A stretch of 64,000 bases of DNA from Eledone cirrhosa (taxonomy: Eukaryota): the NCBI GenBank assembly GCA_964016885.1, contig OZ024749.1:38068001-38132000 (forward strand), given 5' to 3'. The notes under the pieces were generated by a model. It worked only from the letters and a program-made list of their open reading frames with translations. It ran no database searches and was not told where the DNA came from. A program made the translations under genes and the position numbers. Below, in pieces: positions 13,936 to 29,822 of this stretch (positions are counted from its first letter, which is position 1; every line of letters begins with the position of its first letter).

Positions 13936-14409
13936 GAGTGCCCATACCTAATAGCCCTGCGCGATACATGGGCATGGGTGGAAGGGTGGGTGTGGGAGCC
14001 TACAGGCCGGAGGGCTGCGACAAGCCGCGACCGGTTCAATCATACAACAGCTTACCCACTACCGCAGTAATCCCGATATAAGAAACAACTTTGACTGACA
14101 GGTGGCAATTGAGAGGAATCAGATATACGACCGACGGCAGTGAGTGGCCAAAAATATCGATGACGTGTACAATTCTTGACCACTCATAGAATGAAAACAG
14201 CAGGATCTAAGCCACCGAGCGAAGGCAGCGGGTGTAACTGACCATTTGGAAACTCTGCTTCGTAGAATCGAGACATATCCGAGGATCTTGCGATTTGAGA
14301 GTCAGGTTTGATCATTGCATCAATCGTGCCTCGAGCTGGTCGCCAGAGAAACGATTGTAATATGTCTAATAAATTTTATTCGTAGCACCACTGATTCTCC
14401 GTTTCTTAT

Positions 14410-14485
<76 letters not shown>

Positions 14486-14530
14486 CACACATATATATAT
14501 ATAGGTCTGTTTCTCTCTCTCTCTATATAT

Positions 14531-14564
<34 letters not shown>

Positions 14565-14566
14565 AT

Positions 14567-14634
<68 letters not shown>

Positions 14635-14655
14635 AAATATATATACACACACAAT

Positions 14656-14697
<42 letters not shown>

Positions 14698-14716
14698 AAT
14701 ATATACACACACACAA

Positions 14717-14827
<111 letters not shown>

Positions 14828-15762
14828 CTGGTTAGAGCGTTGGAGAGATGAGGGTTGAACTGGGCTTTATTAACATCATCAATATAGATGACAGACCCAT
14901 GACGTGTTCAAACATTCTGCTAGAGATAGCTGCTCACGTCGACCCCAGGGGAACCATGATTTGCAGACTCTTGATCAAATGACGTTCCCGCCTGGACCAC
15001 TTCATCTTTTCTTGTAATTTATTCTGACATAGTGAGCCTTGGACTGCATTATGCAGTGTGTTATTCCTTTCCAAAAGACTCTATCGTGTTCTTATTTGAC
15101 GGCTGTAGACTCTATAAACATATTTATTTCCAAACACTAACATCCTCTATCGAGGGAAATCAACCACTTATTTGTTTCATGTACCAAGAAATGAAATAAA
15201 GCATCAGTCTTTAGAAGGTAAGGGGAGAGAATTGTGCTCATATATACAAGTCACGAATTTAAGCATCAGACCTTGGGGGCGATAGTTGTACTGCCACAAT
15301 GATTAAGTCTATCCAATAGAAACATATCTTTACAGTTTAGTCACGTAAATATAAAACGTATTGCTCTGTGTGTTCGACTTGTATTATATACATTAACGAA
15401 CTAAATTGAAAAATACAACAACGAAAAAGGCAAACACTACATCCTCAGTTAAACACAAAATCCACAGACAGGATGGCAAAATCTTTTGCCACGTAAAACA
15501 GTCAGCGATTTGTGCTGCGATTTGTGTTAACCGTTCCAGGGCACCTCACGAGTTTCTTTACTCAGTCATCATGCCCTCATCTCGAATTTGGCAGAGTATA
15601 ATGATTGATGATAGTCTGAGAATCCAGAACATAAGAAGTCTCAATGGTGATCAGCAACAAAGAAATAAATCTATATATACCGAATTTCTCAGTGAAATAC
15701 TATTCTAATGTATCATAGACACCGCAAAAACAACACACAAAGATAGGAAACATGATATAGAA

Positions 15763-16053
15763 CAGGCATGGGCAACGTTTTTCGAGAAGCAGGTCTCATG
15801 AGATATGGCTCATCATCAGGCGGCCGTAAGCGCTAATTTACATTCGTGCCCACATTAAAAAAAAGGGTGGCAAGTCAGGTTGTTTTGATTTATTTCTTCA
15901 GAATTCGTACACGTTGTTTTCCTCGATCGTAAAAAAAGATAGGAAGATGAATTACAACTGAAAAGTCGGGGTAAAAAAATCAGAAATATTTCACTTTGGT
16001 GACTTAGGTGAGCCATTCAGAAAACTTGGTGGGCCGCAGGTTGCCCATGCCTG
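15763..16053. mobile_element. hAT-type MITE (291 bp)
   Basis: Perfect 14-bp TIR CAGGCATGGGCAAC and 8-bp TSD ATATAGAA (15755-15762 and 16054-16061). Confidence 0.93.
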
Positions 16054-16304
16054 ATATAGAACAAAGAACATAAATGCACGAAGTCTACACATATCAGTAA
16101 CGCTTGTAGAGAAGATGCCGAAATGGTGTGCGTCGAAAAAGTTTACATTGTTTGAAAATCAATACCACAGCCACATTTGTAGACAATATGGCGAAATAAT
16201 TCCACCGCAACTCATCATCCCAATTTGGTAGAGGAAAACGGCAGTCATGTAGCAGAGGGAGTCGAAGATCTGAAGAGCGACCGTCGAAAAACGGAATCTA
16301 TACA

Positions 16305-16680
16305 TTAATTGTTTCTACATTTTGGCACAAGGCCAGCAAATTACCCAGTGCATTACTGGTACTTTATTTTATCAACCCTGTAAGGATGAAAGGCAAAGTT
16401 AACGACGGCAAGATTTGAACTCAGAACTTAAAGAGGCATAACTCTATGCCGCAAAGTATGGTATCAGACGCTCTACTGAACGGCCAAACCACAATTGTTT
16501 ATACTTTTGGCACAAGGCCAGGAATCATCCCCCAGTGCATTACTGGTACTTTATTTTATCAACCCACGTAAGCATGAAAGGGAAAGTTAACCTCGGCAGG
16601 ATTTGAACTCTGAACGTAAAGGGCTATAACTCTATGCTGCAAAGCATGGTGTCTTATGCTCTAGTGACACTGGCAATCAT
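16305..16680 (-). mobile_element. Two tandem SINEs
   Basis: Match the SINE consensus on the minus strand. Confidence 0.85.
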
Positions 16681-16886
16681 ATTAATGACTCGATAAAGAA
16701 AGTACAAAGAGTCGGAGTGGATGCTCTATGATATCTGTTCTGGTTGTGTGCCCTTTGTTTAAATCCTGCTTTCTGTCACATCCCAGAAGTTGCAACCTGC
16801 AGAAATTATCGTTAATAGAAAAACCAATGGAATCTTAGTCGCATAATATCTTTGTTCTTCTTTCTTCACACACAAATGTATCTATC

Positions 16887-16932
<46 letters not shown>

Positions 16933-16994
16933 TGTGTATGTATATATATATATATATGTGTGTGTGTATACATATATATATATGTATACATATA

Positions 16995-17067
<73 letters not shown>

Positions 17068-17086
17068 ATGTATATATATATATATA

Positions 17087-17183
<97 letters not shown>

Positions 17184-17291
17184 TGTATATATATATATGT
17201 ATATGTATATATATATATATGTATATTTATATATACACATATATATGTATATATATATATATATATATAAAATATATAAATACAAATATAT

Positions 17292-17324
<33 letters not shown>

Positions 17325-17325
17325 G

Positions 17326-17379
<54 letters not shown>

Positions 17380-17406
17380 TAAAATATATAAATACATATA
17401 CATATA

Positions 17407-17478
<72 letters not shown>

Positions 17479-17756
17479 TATATTACTGACAGAGATATAT
17501 GTCTTTAGCATACACTATCACAGCATGTCTTAAGCCAACACATATCTTAACACTAGAGGAATCTCAAGTGTAACAGCTTTAGTTCTTGTAAGGCTTCTGT
17601 CTAACATGGTCTTGCAAGAGAGAACGATCCTGTGAATAACTCAACATCACATACTACGAGAACTACAACAAATATTCCTACATAACGTGTGCTAGATGTC
17701 AAGAGATTAAATCAGTACTCTCATAAATATCTGTCTATCCATCACCTTTTTTCACT

Positions 17757-17841
<85 letters not shown>

Positions 17842-17855
17842 ATGTGTATATATCT

Positions 17856-17899
<44 letters not shown>

Positions 17900-17900
17900 T

Positions 17901-18493
<593 letters not shown>

Positions 18494-18518
18494 GCATATA
18501 TATATACATATATATATA

Positions 18519-18622
<104 letters not shown>

Positions 18623-18677
18623 ATATGCATATATATATATGTATATATATCTATGTATATATATATATATATGTGTG

Positions 18678-18710
<33 letters not shown>

Positions 18711-18750
18711 TTGTGTGTGTATTTATATATATATATATATACACACATAC

Positions 18751-18844
<94 letters not shown>

Positions 18845-19221
18845 GTTTGTACGTATGTATCTACGTAGAGAGAGAGAGTGTGTTTGTGTGTGTATCTTAT
18901 ATCCTTGTAGAAAACCTTGAGTACTTGTAATGCAGCCGACATATTTGTTTCCGGTAGTTACAATATATTTTCCTATTTTCTGTTGTATTGAAATTCTCTT
19001 CACGTACGTAGCTAATGTTCCTCCTAGCTTATCACATAGCATGTATATATTGCAATGTCACTTTCACATCACCTGCCACTTCCTCCCAACCTATCATGCC
19101 GAACCATAACATAACGTAACAGCATATCACCTTCCCGCTCTGCTCTCGTACCAAACTAATCAATACCTGTTTAGTTATGTGGAGTTACTCGTGAGCTTGG
19201 AACCACTAATCTGTGTTTTCT

Positions 19222-19236
19222 GTACGACGTAGTAGG

Positions 19237-19294
<58 letters not shown>

Positions 19295-19463
19295 CATTGT
19301 ATGTATGTATATATGTATGTATGTATTTATGTATGTATGTCAGTGTGTATTTATGTATGTCATTGTGTATATAAATATATATATCTACTCTTACTCTTTA
19401 ACTTGTTCCAGCTATCCGGCTGAGGCCATGTGGAGGCACCACCCTTGACTCACACACACACAT

Positions 19464-19517
<54 letters not shown>

Positions 19518-19538
19518 ACACACATATATTGTATTGAA

Positions 19539-19607
<69 letters not shown>

Positions 19608-19655
19608 GTATAGATAGATATATATATATATATGTACGTAGTAGGTGAAAATATA

Positions 19656-19716
<61 letters not shown>

Positions 19717-19835
19717 TTATGTATGTCAGTGTGTATTTATGTATGTCAGTGTGTATATAAATATATATATCTACTCTTACTCTTTAACTTGTTCCAGCTA
19801 TCCGGCTGAGGCCATGTGGAGGCATCACCCTTGAC
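19222..19835. repeat. Local duplication of a (TATG)n tract plus the end of a different short repeat
   Basis: acgtagtaggtgaa...ctactcttactctttaacttgttccagctatccggctgaggccatgtggaggca occurs twice, about 405 bp apart. Confidence 0.75.
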
Positions 19836-19856
19836 ACACACACATATATATATATT

Positions 19857-19891
<35 letters not shown>

Positions 19892-19918
19892 TATACACAC
19901 ACGCACACACACACACAT

Positions 19919-20002
<84 letters not shown>

Positions 20003-20115
20003 GTATATACACACTTATATGTACATATGCCTATATGTATATAGTAATGATAAATGTGAAGACTAAAGACCGAAGAGAGCTTTGTAAGGATTATATATAC
20101 GTATTTAGATAGTGA

Positions 20116-20235
20116 AGGCGTGTGGCTGAGTGGTTAGAGAATTGGATTCGCAATCGTAAGGTTGTGAGTTCGATTCCTGGACCAAGCGATGCGTTATGTC
20201 CTTGAGCAAGACACTTTATTTCACGTTGCTCCTTC
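20116..20235 (+). mobile_element. tRNA-derived SINE of a second family (5' part)
   Basis: A-box TGGCTGAGTGG and B-box GAGTTCGATTCC, followed by tgtccttgagcaagacact. A degraded relative lies near 32350-32720. Confidence 0.75.
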
Positions 20236-20714
20236 TACCTGGAGTTGCGACCGATAGATAGTATTAGCAATTGGAAAGACCAACGGAAACACTGTTCCCT
20301 CGGTCCGATTTGACGAAAGTCGATCGTTCCTAGATACGTATTTAATATATATGCATAAAAAAGTCCGTACGGCAAATATTTATCATATGTACAGATTAAA
20401 GTTTAAGCAAGGAATGAATGGTTTCTTTCACCATTTTACAGGATCTTCTGAATTTCAAACCCTTACACACATACATACACAAGTTTATATATTTAAGAGT
20501 TAAACAAGATTCAATGAATACATCAAAGAATGAGTTTTACAATAGATTGGAAGCACTCTACAGAAAAAAAAAATTTTTCTAGAGTTATTAATATTAAATC
20601 AAAATATTCACAAAATAGATATTCTTAATAAAATATGATTGATCACAAGAATTGTTAATATTTTGAATTAATATATATATATATTGTGAATTAACAGTTG
20701 TGTTACCACTTCTT

Positions 20715-20765
<51 letters not shown>

Positions 20766-20793
20766 GTGGTAACACAACAGCTAATTCACCATA

Positions 20794-20834
20794 CCGAGAA
20801 CCATTGTTTCACCTTGTGCAGATCTTCAGCTCGG
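20794..20834 (-). ncRNA. Type-I hammerhead ribozyme (family E)
   Basis: CCGAG-CTGAAGA-tctgcacaaggt-GAAA-C(aatg)G-TT^CTCGG. The relative at 38635-38780 has palindromic stem III ACAATTGT. Confidence 0.7.
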
Positions 20835-20883
20835 ACTGGTAATGGTTTTATATATATATAGAGAGAGAGATATATGTGTGTGT

Positions 20884-20918
<35 letters not shown>

Positions 20919-20934
20919 CGCGTGCGTGTGTGTG

Positions 20935-20988
<54 letters not shown>

Positions 20989-22380
20989 CTTTTGGTTTTA
21001 TATTCTCACAAATTTTGCCAATAGACAGAGACCCGGTTTCTACCATAGATAGAAGACTCTCTCAATGAAATTTACACAACATCAACTAGGTAGATATGTC
21101 TGCATGTCTGCATGCGCGTGTGTGAAGGTATGGATATTATTGTATGTATGTATGTATATATGTATGTATCATGTTCATTTGAACTAAACTAAATAATATT
21201 CTTTTTTCCAAAACCTTACTCAGAAGTTTCGTTCTGTTACTGTTTAATAAAATGATAACAATTTTGCAAATATTTGCATATTCTTCACTAAATTCTTCTC
21301 AATTCCATGGGAATTTAATGAGATTTTATTAATTTGGCTTCTTCTTCTCTTTCGTTCTTTCTAATCAGAAATATTTCGACTTCTCTGGTGTTAAATTTGT
21401 TTGTATGAAAGCTGATCATGAATATTCACCGCTTTGCCCGTCATTTTAATAAATACCATACCAGTCATAATTGGACACCAATTAATTAGTAGCTGCAGTA
21501 ACTAATTGACTGATTGATATCTTAAAAAACACAGAGATTTGTATACTTGTATACTCCATTATGCTTTGCAACATAGAGTTATGGCCCTGCGCGTTCTGAG
21601 TTCAAATCCCGCCAAGGTTAACTTTGCCTTTCATCCTTAGGGGGTTGATAAAATAAAGCACCAGTAATGTACTGGAGTCGATGTAATCGACTTTCCCTCC
21701 CCCAAAGTAGAATTCATTATTATTATCGTCGTTATCATCATCATTAGTAATATGTTCATTGACTGCTGTGATTTTAATCCTGAGCACAGCTCCTTGTGCT
21801 TTGGGTAGATGCAATCTTGCTTCTATTATGGAATGCCCTCGTGGCAAATAGAAGGAAAAGAAATTATTGGATAGGCCAATCGTTTGAATGCCGTAAGTAT
21901 TGTTTTGAAGCACTTTTCGACTCTTTACCTTCTAAGTCGAGGGAGGCCAATTTTCATTTGCATATTTTCCAGGAACTTATAAAATAAAATGCCACTCAAG
22001 TGTTAGGGTCAATTTACTCTACATTCCCAATCTCCTTTCACTGAATTTCTGTAAATTCTGAAAAATAGATTCCTATATTGGCGAAGCAATATTGGCAAGT
22101 AACGTAAACTATTGTATTATAAGGTAACGTAATCTTTTGTATTATAATGTAAAGTAATGAAAAGCATTGTATTATATCGCAATGTTTGTAATGTAATGTA
22201 TCGACATTAAATTATTTCGTACCGAAATTTTCCAATAATGTCATTATCTCGCCATATTGAAACATTCAATCATCATTATTTTCCAAGAGTAGTCGGTTTA
22301 ATTATGTCTAAGAGAATGCTATACACACCAGCACATACACATATATATATATATATATGCACACACACATATATATATAT

Positions 22381-22455
<75 letters not shown>

Positions 22456-23049
22456 TATATGTATGTATGTATATATATATATATATATATACATAATTAC
22501 ATAAACGGAGAAAGAAAGCTATTAGCGATACTCCTACCAATTTCTTCAAACTCACTCAACAGACGTTAGGAATTACCGGAGTATATTATATATATATATA
22601 TTCTATACATATGCAAAAAGTTAACAGAAATAGCAAAGCCAATCGATATAGTACAGTGAAGAAATATATTAGTTTAAGACTTGGTATAGTAGGAAATATA
22701 TCCATCACAAACATGACTGTAAAATGTAATAATATTAGAACATTCTCACACAACATTAGTCAAACTTCAACATTTCTATGCAGGTCTTCCACTTTCTTCA
22801 TCTTTCTCAAGAAAAGGAAATTTGTGATGTATGTCAGCCGTTGAAATTATGAATAGCAATAATAATAAGTAAACCAAAAGCAACAATAACGATAATAGTA
22901 ATAATAATAATAATTGTAATAAAAGCAATAGTAATAACAATAAAAGTAATAAATAGTTGTAGCAATAAAGTTGAAGGAATTAAACATACATCGAAATATA
23001 CGGATATGAAGATCGACATTGGACAAATTTCGTCAATTTTTTGTTTGTC

Positions 23050-23670
23050 ACGCTAACCTCTGCCAGTTGCAGTCTGCGTTTCAACATCAGTTATTTTTCT
23101 CCACAAAGTTCGATCACCAGCAGTAGAGTTTAAAGAGCAAAGATCAAGTCCACTCCATAAGTAGACATTATCAAGCCAACGTTTTGGCTGCCGGGCTCTG
23201 CTTCTCTCTTACCAGCCAACCTTCCTTCCAGGCATAACCTACTCACACGACGAGTTGATCTTATAGACCGAGTTGATCTTATAGACCGAGTTGATCTTAT
23301 AGACCTTATAGTTTGAGTTCTCTTGACTTGACAATTGATGTAATTGGTCTAAGTCTGGTAATGTTCAGCAGCTCACTGATACAGATACGGTCGCTGAGCC
23401 GCTTGCCAGTCATAAGTTTCATGATTGGAATGTAGAGAGCTTCTGAAGTGACCTTGTCGTCCAATTAACACGGTCAAGACCATATAACACAACTAGTAGG
23501 ATGTAAGTATCACAAATCTTAACCTTCAAATGATAGGAATCTCGTTTTCATGTTAGCACTTCCTTGTTCGTGTTCTCGTCAATACCACCTAAAATATTTC
23601 ATGTAGTCCGGATACTATTAAATTGTGAGGGTATCTTGAGCAAAAAGACCTTAAAACACAAATTGTTCCT
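23050..23670 (-). mobile_element. Decayed RTE-clade LINE 3' fragment
   Basis: Minus-strand translation includes LKVKICDTYILLVVLYG...RLCLEGRLAGKRSRARQPKRWLDNV...AGDRTLWRKI. Interrupted by a 17-bp tandem triplication at about 23270-23325. Confidence 0.8.
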
Positions 23671-23872
23671 CGATAAAGAACTCAGCTATACACACAAGCA
23701 CATACACTTATATATATATATATAAATGAAAGTATAGAAATCATTGTGAGCATGAAGCCAACAGTATTTCATAATATATAAGTGACTATAACGTCAGAAT
23801 GGAAAAATAGTTAACGTAAGATGTGGGAAAATAATTCAAACTCAATACAAAGAAATCAAGACATAGATTTAT

Positions 23873-23924
<52 letters not shown>

Positions 23925-24007
23925 CGAAGGAGAGTAGAGTGGGTAATAGGAAAATGTATGACCCCGACAGCAGAGCTCAAGCTATTTCGACAGCTATTTC
24001 TGGACTA

Positions 24008-24156
<149 letters not shown>

Positions 24157-24715
24157 ATACTGTATATATATATAGAGATTATTAAAATAACAGATTAAAG
24201 TTAAGCAAAGAATCGCTGCTTTCGCCCTTAACGTGATCTTCTGAAACTAAAAAAGTCAATCTGTGAACGCAGAATTAAATATTTCAAAAAATATTTGCTC
24301 TAAAGTTCTTATATATTTGATATATATTTATCCTTATCGAGCCCTCTTTGGATTTTAGTTTTCAAATTTATTATTATCACTATATATATATATATATGCA
24401 CATATACCCAGGAAAGTACTGGATGGTTAATTATTATATTTACTATGCGAAACATCAATAATACGAATATTAGAATTAATAATAATAGCAAATAAAAATA
24501 ATAAAAGTGGCAATTCTAGAACATTTTATAATAAAATGGAGTTTATTGATCCAAAAGAGTAGAGAGATATATTGAATATAAAGTGATAAGATTTTACCAA
24601 TTCTTAATATGGTTTGACGATATATATATATATATATACATATATTTATACATACATATATATATATATGTGTGTATATATATATATACATATATATATA
24701 CGCATATATACACAC

Positions 24716-24766
<51 letters not shown>

Positions 24767-25033
24767 CACACATATACATATACATATATATATCAAGATT
24801 TGGTTTACAGTCTTTGTTGAATAAAGGTTGTCACCAGTGGACTATTTATTGTAATAATAATAGTAATAATATAATAGACACATATAATTAAATTAGTAGT
24901 AGTATTAATTGAGAAAACGAGGTGCTGACTTGTACAGTTGATATATTTCAAGAGTGAAATGAAGCCAGATTAGAATGTCAAGTATTTTGGATGTAAGTCT
25001 ATATTTGTGCTTAAATCTGTATTTGGTTTGTAT

Positions 25034-25149
<116 letters not shown>

Positions 25150-25215
25150 AAGAAATTAAAAGATGGTTACTTCCTTGTTCACAAGTGTTTTTTAGGCATC
25201 ATATCATGTTTCCCC

Positions 25216-25284
25216 ATTTTATCTGATGAGAACGCAAATATCGTCCCAGGATGATATTTGCTTTTGAAATGCGCATAATAAAAT
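25216..25284 (+). ncRNA. Type-I hammerhead ribozyme (family D) within element 25147-35-prime tail to about 25410
   Basis: ATTTTAT-CTGATGA-[long stem II gcaaatatcgtc/gatgatatttgc]-GAAA-TGCGCA-TA^ATAAAAT. Confidence 0.85.
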
Positions 25285-25687
25285 ACATGGAATCTTTTTA
25301 ACCATCTTTTAATTTCTTCTTATATATACTCCAGTCCAATAAACTGTTGAGTGCTACTTATCCGATATTTGCATTGCTTTATTGTGCTACAATAAAACTC
25401 ACCCCCTACATTATATATATATATATATATATATACACTTATATACATATATTTATGTATATATATATATATATACATACACACACACACAGATATATAT
25501 ATATATATATATATATTTATCTGTGTGTATCTGTGTGTGTGTGTTTTATGTGTAGATGTGTCTGTATGTATGCAGAAACATGCATTTTCATCACTCAGTA
25601 TGAATATTCACATATTCGTGATGTAGACACATTTGAAAATATTGTTTTAGTAGAATCCTTAAATAATATAAAGTATTGCCAAATATG

Positions 25688-25722
<35 letters not shown>

Positions 25723-25740
25723 TTGTCTGTGTGTGTGTGT

Positions 25741-25797
<57 letters not shown>

Positions 25798-25823
25798 TGT
25801 GTGTCTGTGTGTGTGTGTGTGCC

Positions 25824-25855
<32 letters not shown>

Positions 25856-25892
25856 CGTGTGTGTGTGTGTGTGTTTGTGTGTGTGTGTCTGT

Positions 25893-25924
<32 letters not shown>

Positions 25925-26019
25925 TTGTGTATGTGTGTCTGAGTATGTATGGGCCTGTCTGAATGTGTGTGTGCATTTGAGTCGTTTTATTTTTTAAATA
26001 TTAAAAACCAATTGGAAAA

Positions 26020-26260
26020 TTACAATTTCAAATAATTATTAACGTTATTTTGTGTTGAGGGTTTCGGTGAAACTTCTTCGTTAGTTGTCTCCTCTACCGA
26101 ACCGTTGGGTACCCTGGTAGATACTGGTAGTGAGGAGTTATTGGATGGAAGCCAGCTATCGTTATCTTGGTAGCTTGATAATGTAGCTTCCCAGACGGCA
26201 TCGATCGAAGGCCGGGCGTTGTTCAAATTGCTGATGTCAAGGGTTAACTTGGTGCATTCA
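26020..26260 (-). CDS. Probable last coding exon of the same gene (cytoplasmic tail)
   Basis: Acceptor aaatatttcAG; phase 2 matches the previous donor. Reads DECTKLTLDISNLNNARPSIDAVWEATLSSYQD...NNYLKL*, in frame with ORF 26020..26226. Confidence 0.8.
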
Positions 26261-27992
26261 CTGAAATATTTAATGAAAAAATGAGAGAATAAAATTAACT
26301 TTATTTCAGTTCAACATTTTCAGTAAAAACTGTAAAAAAAATATAAATTTAATTTGTTAAAATTTTCTGAAACGACCTCAGCTGACTCACTTTTTTTTTT
26401 CGATTTTCAAATTTCGTTTTTTTTAAAAAATCATTTTAACGTTTAGTGAGGCGGCCGGCCAGAATTCTTTACTATATTCAATGCACCCGAAGAAGAAGTA
26501 GAAGGTTCCGTATATAAAGCCGAACTAATAACGGCTGACAATTCAACCACCCAATATCACACAGAGAAAATTAATTAACGTTTGACTATAACTACAGTAA
26601 TATGTCTTCAGATATTTTCACTTTTAACAAAGCTGGCAATTTCCACAGAAAAAAAAAAAAAACAGAAATGTGTTGAAAGAAAATATATATTTATTACCGC
26701 AGTGTCAGTAGTAACAACAGCACAACATACCCGGTAAACAAAGGTTCTCTGATTTAATCGATCTTCCACTAAATATGTAATAAATCAGGTTGCTAGGAAT
26801 TTATTAGTGCTAACCAGGAACGATTTTTTATGGTGCAACCACCCACCCAGCTACAAAAGTGTAATGCATTCAATAAAAACACAATCTCAATCAGTTATTC
26901 TTGCGCAAGTAATTTTAGAAATCAATATTGTAACAGAGTCACACACCAGAGGTCTAACGAGTGCAACATTCAGGAATTTGAATGTAATTAGAAGATCAAG
27001 AAAGATGGTCCGCTAAACGTTGAATGCCTGGGTAAAGCGTTTGTCTATAGAATTGAATTGAATAAATAAGGTTAAAAAGTTTCATCTGAATAAGCAAGTT
27101 TTCAAAAGTATTTCACGAAGTATAAATAAGCTTTCAGGTATAAGAAACACAAGAAACATCATTACGTTGTTATGATGCATATGGCATGAAGCTGAAAGTT
27201 AAAACGATATTATATAAAGAACGGACAATCTTCACGAAATTCACCCCTGTATGTATACATAAATGAAGCAAACGTGTTATTGAAGACACCTCCATAAAGT
27301 TGTTCGACTTTCTAAGAATAGCAGTCACATATACCTCAAATCATAAACATTACTATATTTGAAAACGTACAAATTGCGATAATGTAATCTTAGTCACAGA
27401 ATACTTGAAAAAATAAAAGGCAAGAAAGTTAAGCGTGAGATATTTGTGATAATCGGTCTTATTGGTCAGAAACGACCAAATAACTAAAAAAGGTAGTGCT
27501 AGTTCAGAAATCGATCATAGTGCAGGATTTTGACATATCGAAACATGAAGAAACAAAAACCGAAAAAAAAAAAAAAAGAATGCCTCTAATCATGTTTAAA
27601 TGCCGATACCAAAAGAAATCTTTCTGCAATTAATTATAGGAGTTAAAATAAACGACACCACCCTGACCTTTGGCCCTTTATGAGAAATGAAATGCCAAAA
27701 GAAAATGGTAATATATCTATATCTACATCTATATCTAACTATATGTCTATTTATATGTATACATACATATATATATACATATATATATATATACATATAT
27801 ATACATATATATGTGTATATATTTATATATGTATATATATATATATATGTATGTGTATATATATGTGTGTATATATATGTGTGTGTGTGGGTGTATCTGT
27901 GTGTGTGTGTATATATGTGTGTGTATATATATATATATGTGTGTATATGTATGTGTATATGTATGTGTATGTGTATGTGTGTGTGTGCGTGT

Positions 27993-28108
<116 letters not shown>

Positions 28109-28307
28109 AAGTGAAATAAATAAACAGTCATTTGTTGAATAATATATGAAATCTCGGTACTTCATAACCAGAAAATATTCTATTGATATCGCTTTGATAT
28201 CGATTTTCGTTCACAATCTCAACTGTGAAACATGATTAACAGCCTTGCAGTCAACACAATTCGATCTTCTCCACATCCCCACTCTCACCCCACACTCTTC
28301 TCCCCAT

Positions 28308-28376
28308 TCTTCTTCTTCTTCTTCTTCTTCTTCTTCTTCTTCTTCTTCTTCTTCTTCTTCTTCTTCTTCTTCTTCT
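28308..28376. repeat. (TTC)n microsatellite
   Basis: Read directly from the sequence. Confidence 0.95.
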
Positions 28377-28645
28377 AAATATTTCTCTTTAAAGTCAACA
28401 ACAGAGAAGGTCCCATTGAAGAAATATATATGTAAAATAATAAAACTAATTTTCTCTAAGAACATCGACAAACATCGAAAAATGTTCCCATCTAACAACA
28501 ACAACAGCAACATCATTAGCAAGAAGAACAATGGCAGCAACAACAACAACAATGACAGCTACATCTTAAAAACTAACAGCAACAGCAATTACAGCCAGAG
28601 TAATAGCTACAAAAACAAAAGTCACATCATCAACTGTACCAGTGG

Positions 28646-28646
28646 C

Positions 28647-28716
<70 letters not shown>

Positions 28717-29444
28717 GCAACAACAACAACGACAAAAGCAGCTACAACTACTACAACAACATCAACAACTACAACAACAACAGTAACAACAACAAAAGCA
28801 ACTACAACAACAACAACAGTAACAACGACAAAAGCAACTACAACAATAACAACAGTAACAACGACAAAAGCAACTATTACAACAACAACAGTAACAACGA
28901 CAAAAGCAACTATTACAACAACAACAGTAACAACGACAAAAGCAACTACAACAACAACAGTAACAACGACAAAAGCAACTACAACAACAACAACAGTAAC
29001 AACGACAAAAGCAACTACAACAACAACAACAGTAACAACGACAAAAGCAACTACAACAACAACAACAGTAACAACGACAAAAGCAACTACAACAACAACA
29101 ACAGTAACAACGACAAAAGCAACTACAACAACAACAACAGTAACAACGACAAAAGCAACTACAACAACAACAACAGTAACAACGACAAAAGCAACTACAA
29201 CAACAACAACAGTAACAACGACAAAAGCAACTACAACAACAACAACAGTAACAACGACAAAAGCAACTACAACAACAACAACAGTAACAACGACAAAAGC
29301 AACTACAACAACAACAACAGTAACAACGACAAAAGCAACTACAACAATAACAACAGTAACAACGACAAAAGCAACTATTACAACAACAACAGTAACAACG
29401 ACAAAAGCAACAACAACAACAACAACAGCAACAACGACAAAAGC

Positions 29445-29478
<34 letters not shown>

Positions 29479-29480
29479 GC
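28646..29480. repeat. (AAC)n-derived 36-bp higher-order minisatellite
   Basis: Unit aacaacgacaaaagcaactacaacaacaacaacagt, about 18 copies, flanked by pure (AAC)n. Confidence 0.93.
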
Positions 29481-29822
29481 AGCAGCAGTAGTAAGAAAAA
29501 CAAGAGTAACAAGAGTAATAAGAGCAACAACAATATCCATGCTTTCTTCAAAAATAGCACCCCCACCCCACAGCACCGGTTACTCCTTTAGGCTACTGCA
29601 ATATTATAGCCCCACATTATCCTAACACACCCTCACTATGTATCTGCAATAATACCACCCCAAAACAGCAGCAGTAACAACAACAACACCATATTACATA
29701 GATCAATAACAATCGCCCACCCCCTCTTAAACCCAAACCGCCTCTTTTAGATCACTGCAATAATATCACCCCATCATCCCATCATGCCTTCATGCCTTCA
29801 TCTCTACATCATATCTCTGATA

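Noticed and set aside
20116-20190. tRNA gene
   Set aside because: Has A/B boxes but no complete cloverleaf or terminator, and continues into a SINE body.
22773-22830. Possible short plus-strand exon (tgcAG...GTatgt)
   Set aside because: No partner exons or recognisable peptide.
28245-29625. 448-aa Asn-rich, 327-aa Thr-rich (mucin-like) and 336-aa Val-rich ORFs
   Set aside because: Products of an (AAC)n-derived minisatellite inside an intron. No splice or domain evidence.
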